Positions 39,124 through 49,623 of a stretch of 53,656 nucleotides of DNA are shown in pieces (position 1 is the stretch's first letter; each line of letters begins with the position of its first letter). This stretch comes from Octopus bimaculoides (lineage: Eukaryota), in the NCBI RefSeq assembly GCF_001194135.2, contig NC_068981.1:188846651-188900306 (forward strand), in the 5' to 3' direction. A model generated the notes under the pieces. That model searched no databases. It worked only from the letters and a program-made list of their open reading frames with translations, and had not been told where the DNA came from. The translations under genes were made by a program, and so were the position numbers.

Positions 39124-39194
<71 letters not shown>

Positions 39195-39357
39195 ACAGGC
39201 TTCTTTCAATTTCTATCTACCATATCCACTTACAAGGCTTTGGTTGATCTGAGGCTATAGTAAGAGACACTCACCCAATCCAAAGTGCTATGCAGTGGGA
39301 CTGAACCCAGAACCATATGGTTGGGAAGCAAAGTTCTTACCACAACAGCCTCACCTG
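38622..39357 (-). mobile_element. Diverged SINE family A split in its microsatellite by a roughly 290-bp insertion
   Basis: 3' half 38622-38836; 5' half 39194-39357 after (TA)n. Confidence 0.7.
38995..39080 (+). ncRNA. Degenerate hammerhead motif of a second PLE-type family
   Basis: CTGATGA a gctatagatg...catc-t-tatagc AAAAAC AGCT GTA: stem II pairs; palindromic ACAGCTGT; GAAA core mutated and stem I weak. Confidence 0.55.
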
Positions 39358-39604
39358 TATCTAATATTTGATATTTTATTCATGTACCTTTTAAAATCAA
39401 AATGAAACACATTACATTATAAATGACATTGACTACTGACATTTTCTATGTGAAATGACAAGACATTACAAACATGTGTAAGAGTTAGGATTTGAACCAT
39501 GTATGCATTGCTTGGTGAGCAACGTTATTGATTTCACTACTGAGCACTTATTTCTTTCTTAAATTAAATACTTTTATTCCCTTAAAATAATTGCTTATTT
39601 ACTT

Positions 39605-40190
39605 ATCAGCTCTGTCATGTGACTTTTAGAGGACCCCTGCAACTTTTTGTTTCGAGGCCCCCACCCCTTCAATCAAAATTCATTATCTATGCACCTTTCA
39701 TTCATAGCTATATTTTACTTTATTCTATCTGAAGTTCAATATTTCACGTTATCCTAAAGAACATCCTTAAAAATACAACAACAAATTAGATTTATTTCGG
39801 TCTATAACAAATTTCAACAAGTAAAACTACCAGATATGAATAAAAGAGAACTTTTATAATAATCCAGGCAACTTTCGCGAAATCATCGATCAGTTCAGAA
39901 TAATCAAACTGAGAGCTAAGTTCGTGTTCAATAGATATCATAGACAATCCACAGAATCTGGTACACGTTTGTGGTACAATGCAATATTTTTACTAGAAGT
40001 TTTGCAAGTACAATGTCTAAACATTTTATTTCTTGAAATTTTAGGTTAATATAGCTTAATTCTTGTTCAACATTTTAACCAAAGTAAATAGATGACTCAT
40101 CTATGTACTTTGATTTTAACATGGGGACCCTCAACTGCAGAGTCCCCCTGTGACTGCAGGGGTTTCAGGGGCTTAGTGATGGCCCAGCTT
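39605..40190. mobile_element. Possible degenerate hAT-like MITE
   Basis: GC-rich ends (agaggacccctgc / gcaggggtttcaggggcttagtgatggcccag) around an AT-rich core; TIR and TSD not resolvable. Confidence 0.3.
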
Positions 40191-40547
40191 ATCATGGTAT
40201 GACAGATTATACACTATCTATAAAGAATAATACCTATAACTATGTCTACTATAATAAAGCGTTTGGGTTGCATGAATTGCTCTTTTCCCTTTCAGATTAT
40301 TGCTTTAAAATGTTAAGAAAATATTTTACATTGAAAAATTTATTTAGTTTCATTCATAGGGTTATGGACACCAAATTGAAGCAAGGCACTTCAGTGTCTG
40401 TTGGATGCAAATGTGTTTGTGTGTATGTGTGTGTATATATATATATGCATACATACATGCACTACATACTTGTGTCTAACACACACACACACACACAAAT
40501 ATATATATATATAGAGAGAGAGAGAGAAAGAGATACTTGTGTCCAAC

Positions 40548-40770
40548 ATATCATCATTATCACCATTATTTAACGTCCATCTCCAGTTGGAGTTTGACAT
40601 AGATCCAATGTGCACAAGGTCTGCATTGTGCTCCTGTATCCGCTTTGCCATGGCTTCTATGGCTGGATGTCCTTCCTAATACCAACCACTTCACAGTATG
40701 TACTGGGTACTTTTTTTTTATAACACTGGTGCTATTAAGGTCACCGTGTAACTCACAAATTAACAGACCC
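40548..40770 (-). mobile_element. RTE-tailed repeat 3' end, diverged
   Basis: atttaacgtccat...tatggctggatgtccttcctaataccaaccacttcacag. Confidence 0.7.
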
Positions 40771-40772
40771 AG

Positions 40773-40803
<31 letters not shown>

Positions 40804-40859
40804 TGCTCAATTTGGGAGGTGACAGGAATGCTAGTGGTAGTGTAGAAATGTTGACAGTA

Positions 40860-41140
40860 GGGAAACGAGAGATATGATGTGTTTGGGCAGGTTGCAAGAG
40901 CAGAGCTGAGAGATAAATGGGTTTAATGCATGAGGAGAGATAATTTGGTCATCAAGGAAGAAGGAAATGGCCATTGTAACATGTGGGTGTGAAGAACAAT
41001 ATTAATAGATGAAGAATGGCTAACAAGCCTGATGGTTCTGGGTAGCAAGATAGGAAAGTGGTATTTGGATGTGGGGGAAGAGCTGTAATCGATGATTGGT
41101 GTTGGGGTGGAGGGCAACATAAGTTGAGGACTGATTGATT
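40860..41140 (-). mobile_element. Repeat shared with 44520-44745; possible Penelope linker remnant
   Basis: Aligns with 44540-44700 (gaacaatattaataga.gaagaatggctaacaag); minus strand gives QLFP...PLSY...NHQ/LVSHSS, loosely like PLE IFPxPP..xYRR..NLRDxLVHS. Confidence 0.4.
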
Positions 41141-41156
41141 GAGGTGCTCATATATG

Positions 41157-41209
<53 letters not shown>

Positions 41210-41279
41210 NNNNNNNNNNNNNNNNNNNNNNNNNNNNNNNNNNNNNNNNNNNNNNNNNNNNNNNNNNNNNNNNNNNNNN

Positions 41280-41351
<72 letters not shown>

Positions 41352-42657
41352 TATGTATTTACGTATATATATGGACTTACAAATATATTTATAGCCTATC
41401 CTGCTACATTAACTGTCCAATTATATTGTAAAGATTAAAATAGCACATTTAAGAAATATCAGAAAAATAGATTTAAGCATCTAATTGAGAGGCCGGGAGT
41501 GGCATGTGGTGTGTTGTGTAATTGGCAATGTGGTCACCCACCAAGTAACAGGTGCAGGGTTTGATCCTTCTCAACCTTAAATTGGTGCTTGTAATGTCTG
41601 AAATCATTAAAATTATATCACACACATCTTTTTTAAAAGATGCTGTGTATATAATAATAAAACTAATGTTTCCTTTTGTGGAAACAGCATAGTTGAATGG
41701 TTAAGGAGTCTGCTTCACAGTTGCAAGGGCTCCACAGGGCATTTTTTTTTTCTATCTCCGAAAGTGAACCCAAGCTTTGGGAATGAAATGAAGGAGCTGG
41801 AAACTAAGGAATTCCATTGGATGAATTTTAAATGTAATTCAAAGACTCAGTCATGTCCCACACTGTCACACTGATTATGCCTGAGAACAAAATAAGATTT
41901 GCATATGTTTAAGGAATACTCAACCAGTTAATTTATCAAGGATGTAATTCAATAAACCAAACATGGTATACTCATTATTTAAATTGAGGGAAATTCATTG
42001 TTTTTTTTTTTTGATATTTCCTTTATTTAACAAATAGCAGCTTCAAGACTTCAAAATCTACAGAAGAAAGCCATCATCATTTTTATTTATTAAAGAACTA
42101 ACGGATCAATCAAATAATTCTTTGTGTGTTTTACATCTCATGTTTTGGATATATATTGTCAACTATATGAAAACTATAACTTCGTAAATAAACGCACACA
42201 ATGACATTTGTAAAAGATAATTAACTTTTCCAAGATTGCAATGAAAATGCTAAAGATAATTCTCAATGAAAGCTTTGGTAAAAGATTATTATTATCGTTA
42301 GTGTCAGCCTGATAGATCATGAAAAATAAGAAAAATGAATATCTTAAGTTTAGTTCTTATAAAAAAAAAAAATAATAATCAATGGCTACAAGTAAGATTC
42401 TAAAAATATAACATTTAGAGCACAATATAAGGATTATTATGTGATTAGAGATGAACATAAGTGTTTGTACTATTAAATTCACAAAATATAGCATCTTCAG
42501 AAAATAAATATCAAAATATATTGCCATATTACTAAAAAAAAAATAATAATTTTATGGCAGTAGACAGTAAAGAGCAGCAATAATTTCAACTGAAGAAAAT
42601 TTTGAAACTTTTTAAACTAAGCACAAAATGAAAATTGGTTACAACTTTATAAAACTT

Positions 42658-42805
42658 GTGTGGTAAGTAGCTTGCTTACGAACCACATGGTTCTGGGTTC
42701 AGTCCCACTGCGTGGCACCTTGGGCAAGTGTCTTCTACTATAGCCTCTGGCCGACCAAAGCCTTCTGAGTGGATTTGGTAGACGGAAACTGAAAGAAGCC
42801 CGTCG

Positions 42806-42837
<32 letters not shown>

Positions 42838-43047
42838 TGTGTGTCCGTGTTTGTCCCCCCAAACATCGCTTGACAACCGATGCTGGTGTGTTTACATCCC
42901 CGTAACTTAGCAGTTTGGCAAAAGAGACCGATAGAATAAGTACTACGCTTACAAAGAATAAATCCTGGGATTGATTTGCTTGACTAAAGGCGGTGCTCCA
43001 GCATGGCCACAGTCAAATGACTGAAACAAGTAAAAGAGTAAAAAGAG
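42658..43047 (+). mobile_element. SINE family A, slightly 5'-truncated
   Basis: Near-consensus body and tail. Confidence 0.92.
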
Positions 43048-43084
43048 AGTCTCAGTCTTACAAGAATACCATATTTTCTCATCA

Positions 43085-43315
43085 TGATCATCACCATCAT
43101 TTAACATCTGTTTTCTATGCTAGCATGGGTTGGATAATTTGACCAGAGTTGTCATCAGGTTCCATAGTCTGTTTTGGCTTGGTTTCTACAGCTGGATGCC
43201 CTTCCTAATGCCAACCACTTTACTGAGTACATTGGGTGCTTTTTACATGGCACCATCACCAGTGCTTTTTACATGGAGCCAGCAACAGTGCTTTTTACAC
43301 GGCAGCTGCACAAGC
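43085..43315 (-). mobile_element. RTE-tailed repeat 3' end
   Basis: tttaacatctgttttctatgctagcatgggttgga...acagctggatgcccttcctaatgccaacc. Confidence 0.8.
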
Positions 43316-43344
43316 AAATTAGACCCTTCCCTTCAAATTTCAGC

Positions 43345-43515
43345 AGTGCATATACAGAAAATAGCTTTTAGTGCATATACAGAAAATAGCTTTTAGTGCA
43401 TATACAGAAAATAGCTTTTAGTGCATTGACACTTTNNNNNNNNNNTTTAGTGCATATACAGAAAATAGCTTTTAGTGCATATACAGAAAATAGCTTTTAG
43501 TGCATTGACACTTTC
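43345..43515. repeat. 25-bp minisatellite (agtgcatatacagaaaatagctttt)
   Basis: Three identical units before the 10-N gap; two more after it, which are probably assembly overlap. Confidence 0.85.
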
Positions 43516-43561
43516 AGCATTCAGATTACTCTGTCGAATGTAATGTTTTCTTTATTCACCT

Positions 43562-44180
43562 TATCATCATCATCATCATCGTTTAGCGTTCGCTTTCCAT
43601 GCTAACATGGGTTGGACAGTTTGACAGAGGCCTGGCAAGACAGGAGGCTGCACCAGGCTCCAATCTGATCAGGCAAGATTTCTACAGCTGAATGCCCTTC
43701 CTAACGCCAACCATTCCGAGAGTGTAGTAAGTGCTTTTTATGTGTCACCAGTATGGGAGCCAGTCACAGGGCACTGGCATCAACCATGTTTGGGTGATGC
43801 TTTTTACATGCCACCAGCAAAGAAACCAGTCAGGCAGCACTAGCCATGGCTATGGTTTCAATTTCAATTTTACTTGCTTCAACAGGTCTGCTCAAGCATA
43901 TCATATTGCCCAATGCTTCAAGGGTACTTTTAAATGGGCCAATCATGCAACACTGGCATCAGCCCATGGCTGCAATCTCACTTTGCTTGCCAAGTCTTCT
44001 TAATCACAGTATATCTCCAAAGGTCATAGTCTCTCGTCATTGCCTTTGTGGGGCCCAACATTTGAGGGTCATGCTTCACCACCTCATCCCATGTCTTTCT
44101 GAGTCTACCTCTTCCACAGGTTCCTTCTACTGTTAGGGTGTGGCACTTCTTCACACAGCTGTCCTCATCCATACATAACA
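43562..44180 (-). mobile_element. 5'-truncated RTE LINE: ORF2 C-terminus, 3' UTR and (GAT)n tail
   Basis: EGTCGRGRLRKTWDEVVKHD...MTRDYDLWRYTVIKKTWQAK* is the typical RTE terminus (GRGRPRKTW..V..D...DR..WR), continuous with the tail at 43562. Confidence 0.88.
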
Positions 44181-44519
44181 CATGTTTTGAATTAATCATG
44201 CATTATTTTGTACCTTTAAGATTTTGATGTTTAAATATTTATTTTTAGAATGACATTGTAGGGTAGTTGTGAGAGGTTAGATCTGGCCAGTTCAAACATA
44301 ATACAGGCTCAATTTCACATTTAGGATGTAGGGGAAATTTTTAAGAGATTTCTTTTGAAAAACAAAGTGCATCTTATATGATGCCAAATATGGCATATTG
44401 TTATATGAACTCCAAAAGGAATTAGAAAGCTAAAAATGTTTGGTCAAATTTAAGAAAGGAAATTCACAAACAGCTTTTAATTCCTTTCAACAGTCACCAC
44501 TAATCAACTGCATCTTAAG

Positions 44520-44745
44520 TATCTTTATTTGGACATGATTGATGGCCAGTATAATGTGGGTGTAGAGAACAATATTAATAGACGAAGAATGGCTAACAAG
44601 TGAGATGGTTCTGGAGAACAAGAAGGAAGTGGTATCAGGACTGGGGAAGAGCTGTGATGCGAGATATGTGGGGGTGGAGCAATGGAGTAGGGGGACTGAT
44701 TGATTGATTAAATGAGGGGCCCCTATACACCAGCATGACTTGACC
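44520..44745 (-). mobile_element. Second copy of the 40860-41140 repeat
   Basis: Direct nucleotide similarity to the 40860 copy; QLFPSP...LVSHSS on the minus strand. Confidence 0.4.
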
Positions 44746-44929
44746 ATTTTTTTCTCTCCTCATCTATCTTCTACATAGAAGAGCATAGTCTTGAAATATT
44801 AAAGACTTTTTCCATTTTCCCTGAGGCATAGAAAACAACCTCCATTATCAGCAGTGGGACATGACAGCATATTCTGGTTTATCCCCACTGCATCATGCTG
44901 GTTCTGTACTCCTTTGAGCAACATCAAAA

Positions 44930-45145
44930 TTCCCTCATTCGTCCAAGCTTTCCTATTATTTATAAACTCTCTTGCCTCTCTCACTCCAACACCTCCAACC
45001 ACCAAAGCTTTCCTCACTCCATCCGTCCACACAAACCGAGGTCTGCCTCTGGTTCTGCTGTCTACCACTTCTGCCTCATTACCATCTGCTTCTCATCCAT
45101 CCTCTCCATGTAGCCAAGCCACGTCAACATTCGTCTATCTAAATT
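44930..45145 (-). mobile_element. RTE LINE C-terminal remnant (second lineage)
   Basis: DRRMLTWLGYMERMDEKQM / AEVVDSRTRGRPRFVWTDGVRKAL...AREFINNRKAW (cf. WFGHxERM...RGRPR..WxD); frameshifted. Confidence 0.8.
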
Positions 45146-46233
45146 TGGTTGTTAGTTTTTCTTTCACCACATCATTGCAATGTTGTCTTACATTTTTGTA
45201 TTTTTGGACTAAATATCTATATATGATATAATAAACTTATTGTGTACAGTGCTCAGGTGCACTACAACTCAGGAAAAGTAGCCGAAATGCATGAATAGTA
45301 CATAGAATAATGCACAGGAAGTGAACAGTAAATGAATCATTAAAAGAAATTTTTAAAAAAGGCTGCAGGGAGGTACTTCAGGTGTACTGTTGGCAAATTT
45401 CAGGAAGCATGGAAGTTCTGAAGAATGTAGGGATGTGTGTGTGTGCTCTATTGACATTAAAAATATTTAAATATTTGCAGTTTTAAAAAAATGATTTACG
45501 AATTTAAACTACCTCCAAGAAAATTTATTTTTGTATATGATACCTAAAGCACGTGGAGATGAACAAAAATCAAAACCAAATGTAAATACAAATATTTTTG
45601 TAGATGTAAAATGTTAAATGGTTTTTTTGTTTTGGCTTTTAAAGAATGTAATTTGTAATCTCATTTTATCTCTATTCATGAAATATAGAATACAATAATT
45701 GTAATTTTTATATTTTACTTTTGATATTTAGTTTAAATTCACAACAATCTTGTTGTGAATGCATATTTCTTTCAAAGTTATTGATTTGTTGCCTGTATGT
45801 CAGATAATAATCAATGCGAATGAAGGGAAGAAAAGAGTGAGTGAAAGAGAGTGAGAGAGGGGGAGAGAGAAAGAAGAGAGACAGAGTGGGAGAGAGAGAG
45901 AGATTCTAGGTTGTGGCTTGGACTCCAGCTTTGTTTTACACCAAATTCATACTCTGTAGTATTTCTGTAAATCTCCAATCACCATTAAAAACCCTGGAAA
46001 AAAAAAGTTTAAAGTATCAAATGGCCAGTGCTATATGATGCCAAGGGATTCTGCAGAATAACCAAGCTGAAAGTGCTGAGAGGAAATGAAGGGTGATAGA
46101 GACTGTCAAAGCAGAGAATCCCTTCTGAAAATGAATGAAGTAATTGATACTGTACTGAACAAATAGGGAAGATTGGGTTTGACACAGAAAAAATGGTTAG
46201 CACCGAAAATAATCAAGATATTTATTTTTTTCA

Positions 46234-46547
46234 TACAGTTCTGTATTTAAGAGATGAGGAATTATGTACATTTTTTACATTATTTACATTGTTTACATTT
46301 GACGGACATGTGGCATAGTGGTTAAGAGCGCAGGCTACTAACCCTAAGATTTCGAGTTCGATTCCAGGCAGTGACCTGAATAATAATAATAATAATAACA
46401 TCGAAAAATACCTTAGGATTGAGAACCCAGGTTCGATATTTTCCCAAGACACCTGATGAAGGCTGGAGGGTATATCAGCTGAAATGTTGTGTCGACAATA
46501 AAACAAGATGAGGACAAATATCTGTCAAATGTAAATAATGTAAAAAA
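46234..46547 (+). mobile_element. tRNA-headed hammerhead-bearing element, copy 1, with inverted 5' duplication
   Basis: A-box TGGCATAGTGG (46311-46321), B-box GAGTTCGATTCC (46354-46365), (TAA)n, hammerhead 46448-46493, AATGTAAA-repeat tail; 46234-46309 is an inverted copy of the 3' region. Confidence 0.85.
46448..46493 (+). ncRNA. Minimal type I hammerhead ribozyme motif (near intact)
   Basis: gacac|CTGATGA|a|ggctg-gagggtatat-cagct|GAAA|tGTT|gtgtc: stem I perfect (5 bp); stem II 5 bp with closing G.U; C>T in the stem III palindrome relative to copy 2. Confidence 0.75.
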
Positions 46548-46550
46548 TAT

Positions 46551-46681
46551 TTATTTCTTTATTGCCCACAAGGGACTAAACATAGAGGGGACAGACAAAG
46601 GGATTAATTACAGTGACCCAAGTGCATAACTGGTACTTAGTTAATTGACCCCGAAAGGATGAAAGGCAAAGTTGACCTCAA
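46551..46681 (-). mobile_element. SINE family C-type 3' part
   Basis: ctggtacttagttaattgaccccgaaaggatgaaaggcaaagttgacctc plus tail. Confidence 0.75.
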
Positions 46682-46982
46682 GAAGATTTGCCATTTTCAA
46701 GGCATAAAAACAAGCAGCAAAGCTAAGGTGAATGGGCAGAATGTAAGTTAATTGCTCCTATCAGAGGATATTTTCTAGAAAAATCTGAGAACCTTAAATA
46801 GTAGAATTGGAGTGACACTGATGGCCTTCCATAGCAGCAGAGGGTACTCAATCTCAAAACTTATTGTAGTAACTTGCAAGTTATTCTTGGTAGAAAACAT
46901 CTGGATGGCAGCACAATTATATTCTACAGGAAAGGATATCCAATAGCTTTCTACAGGAATGGTGGGAAAATACAGTGTAGAT

Positions 46983-47313
46983 CAGGCCTGGCCAACTCAA
47001 ATTACATTGCGGGCCACTTTAATCACAGAAAGATTTTTGAGGACCGCTTGTACACTGACAGGATTGAAAACATTTTGCTTTCTCATGCTATTATTACAAT
47101 AATGAATGAATGATCGTTAATTAAGCATGAAATATTATCATTGCAAAAACAGTAGTATCTTTCTTTTTTACTTAGCATTACAAACTTTAATTTTTGATAA
47201 AATTTTTAAAATGTTTGTTTAAATAAACCCATTCCAAGAAAGTTTCAAGCAGGCTGTAAGATAAAAGTCTGAGGGCCACATGTGTCCCACGGGCCTCAGG
47301 TTGGTCAGCCCTA
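46983..47313. mobile_element. hAT-type MITE
   Basis: Ends caggcctggccaac / gttggtcagcccta; subterminal gcgggccac and gagggccacatgtgtcccacgggcc; putative 8-bp TSD gtgtagat/ttttcgat (5/8). Confidence 0.7.
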
Positions 47314-48559
47314 TTTTCGATGGTCAAATAAAGCCAAGATAAAGCTTCTTTTCAGTTGCTCATTAAAATGCACAAGTGGGTTTATTGAAATTGTTCGCAA
47401 TTCATATGACAATGAGGAAACAACAGCTATACCTTATGGTATTGTCCAACTCAACAAAAACAGCCCTTTCTGTTAATCTGAATGTTCCATAGAAATGTGA
47501 TACAGAGCAGGGAAATGAACGAAAACCATCTGAAGTGCTGGGTCTGGCAAATTCATTTGAAGTACAAATATGATATGGTATAATGTTTCTTATTTAAGTG
47601 AAGTGGATTTGGTAGTAAAACCAGAATGTTTTCTTTGGCTTGCATAAGCAAAGCAGTGATTAGAAGTGCTATATAAAGAGTAGTTGAGAAATCTATAAGT
47701 GTGGATATGATACATACATGAGAAAAAAAAAACAAAAAAACAACCTGAACTGGGAATAAAGAAGATGTCACCCTAAATCAGTTGTAACACAAAATAATTG
47801 CAGCAGCTGGTCTTAGATTGACAATGGAAACTTCATGGAAGCCTCAACATTGTAGTTAACAGCTGAGAGTAGTTTTTCCAACCAGTGTGTAGCATGATTG
47901 ACAATGGTACCCAATAGCAAAAGACTTGCTGCTGAGGAGGGGCAGTCATTCCTTAAAGTTTTTCAACTGACATACCTTTCCATATATGCCCTACAAGTAG
48001 GAGAAAATCTCTGGCAAAGATAGACCTTATCAGCCACTTCTGGTCCCACTGAACCAATAAAAAATAATACTAAGTCTGTGTCATCTTTGACAGTAAAGGA
48101 CAATCAACATTTTATGCACACAGATGGACAGAATTGAAATGGCCTTTCTTCCATGCTCAGATCGGTTCAATGAACATATTATTGAGGTATTGTTTACCAG
48201 CTGGATGCTTTTCCTGTAACAGACCCTTAAAAAGACATCACCAAAAGTGGAAAACTACAAGAGAAAGAAAACAACAATAATGTGACTGCTTGTAATTTAT
48301 CGACTTTTGGAGAAGTGCAAATATAAACACACATGCAAACACTGATGCACACACACACACACACACACACAAAACACACACATGATGATATATCATACAC
48401 TTAGCATTCAGAGTCAAAGACGACTCTGTAGCATGTAGCATACTTTCCCTAATTCTATTAAGGTCCCTATGTAGTCCTGATCAGACAAAAGACACCCCCT
48501 TGGCATCCCACCCTTGATCCGGTGAAACACCTAAGATGTGACAATAGGAGAAAGAGAAA

Positions 48560-48690
48560 AACTACATCGGTACTTGGCTGGTACTCCAATCAGCTGAGTT
48601 AACTGGAATGAGGTAAAACAAAGTATCTTGCTCAAAGACATAACCATGTGCCACCCAGTTCAGGAATGGAACTCACAAACTTCTGGTCAT
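48560..48690 (-). mobile_element. Degenerate tRNA-SINE (CORE/V-like block)
   Basis: aaagtatcttgctcaaagacataac...caggaatggaactcacaaac; related fragment at about 51990-52030. Confidence 0.45.
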
Positions 48691-49320
48691 GTGTGTGTGT
48701 GTGTGTGAGTATGTATACATGGGTATGAGTATGTGTAGCTGTGTGTATGTGCAAACTAAATGGACTGTTGAACTACCCTGTATATTAAAAAAGTTAGCAT
48801 TATGAAACCATAATAGTTTGTTTGGCTAAATGCATTATCTTTATAATGTTATATTAGATTATAAATGAAACTTTAAATAGTGTGTAGGTGGTGCCATAAA
48901 AGTAATGTACTTGGAAATCTGAATTCAATTCTGTCCCAGCTCATACATTTTCTTTCATTATATTTCAGTTCATATATACATATATATATCATCATACATA
49001 TATATATATTGTTATATATTCTCAGTGAAAACACATATAATGATTATGTTCACTGAGTTACCAACTGCAATTGGGGATGTGTGCATGTGTGAGAGAGAGA
49101 AAGAAAGAGAGAGAGTATATTCTCATGAATGCACGTATGGTAGATACAGATAGTCTTTCATTGCACTGTAACTGTCTACATATGTCTAAACACATCAGTA
49201 ACAAGCACATCAAATCAACAAGTTCACCTCTTTATGGTTGCTTGGCCTACTAGAAATAACAACCAAATCTCCTGCAACTAACTCTCTCTCTCCACACACA
49301 CATGCACGGATGGTTTAGAC

Positions 49321-49623
49321 CAGTAGTTCCCAAAGTGGGTGGTACCACCCCAATGGGGGCGGTGGAAAGATCCAGGGGGTGTTGAAGAATGGGGTCACCA
49401 AAACGGGGCAATGAATGTAAAAAAACAAACAAACAAAAACAAACAAAGAAAATAAAGAGTTAATTAGGTTAAGATTTAAATGTGAAATACTGTTGTTTTG
49501 AATCTGCTGTAGCAAATGGTCTATGTGTATGATAGTGAGTGGTGGTGATGGAGGGGGGGGGGCATTAAGAATGTGGCCTTAGAACCAAGGGAGCAGCAAC
49601 CTAAAAAAGTTTGGGAACCACTG
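49321..49623. mobile_element. hAT (Charlie-like) MITE
   Basis: TIRs cagtagttcccaaa / tttgggaaccactg; 8-bp TSD gtttagac / atttagac (7/8). Confidence 0.9.

Noticed and set aside
594-41438. ORFs rich in YIYI/HTHT/CVCV or poly-X
   Set aside because: They are translations of (TA)n, (CA)n and (TG)n microsatellites or run through N gaps; not genes.
9265-42876. Recurrent peptides such as GLLSVSVYQIHSQGFGRPEAIVEDTCPRCH
   Set aside because: Antisense read-through of SINE family A; the repetition reflects the repeat, not a gene family.
43345-43435. CRISPR-like array
   Set aside because: The units are contiguous with no unique spacers, there are no cas genes and the context is eukaryotic.
43446-43515. 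Extra minisatellite units and duplicated tgcattgacacttt end
   Set aside because: Mirrors the sequence before the 10-N gap; likely the same overlap artefact.
46305-46377. tRNA gene (also SINE A heads, e.g. 30773-30850)
   Set aside because: A and B boxes are present, but the acceptor stem does not close and each head is fused to a repeat body; these are SINE heads.
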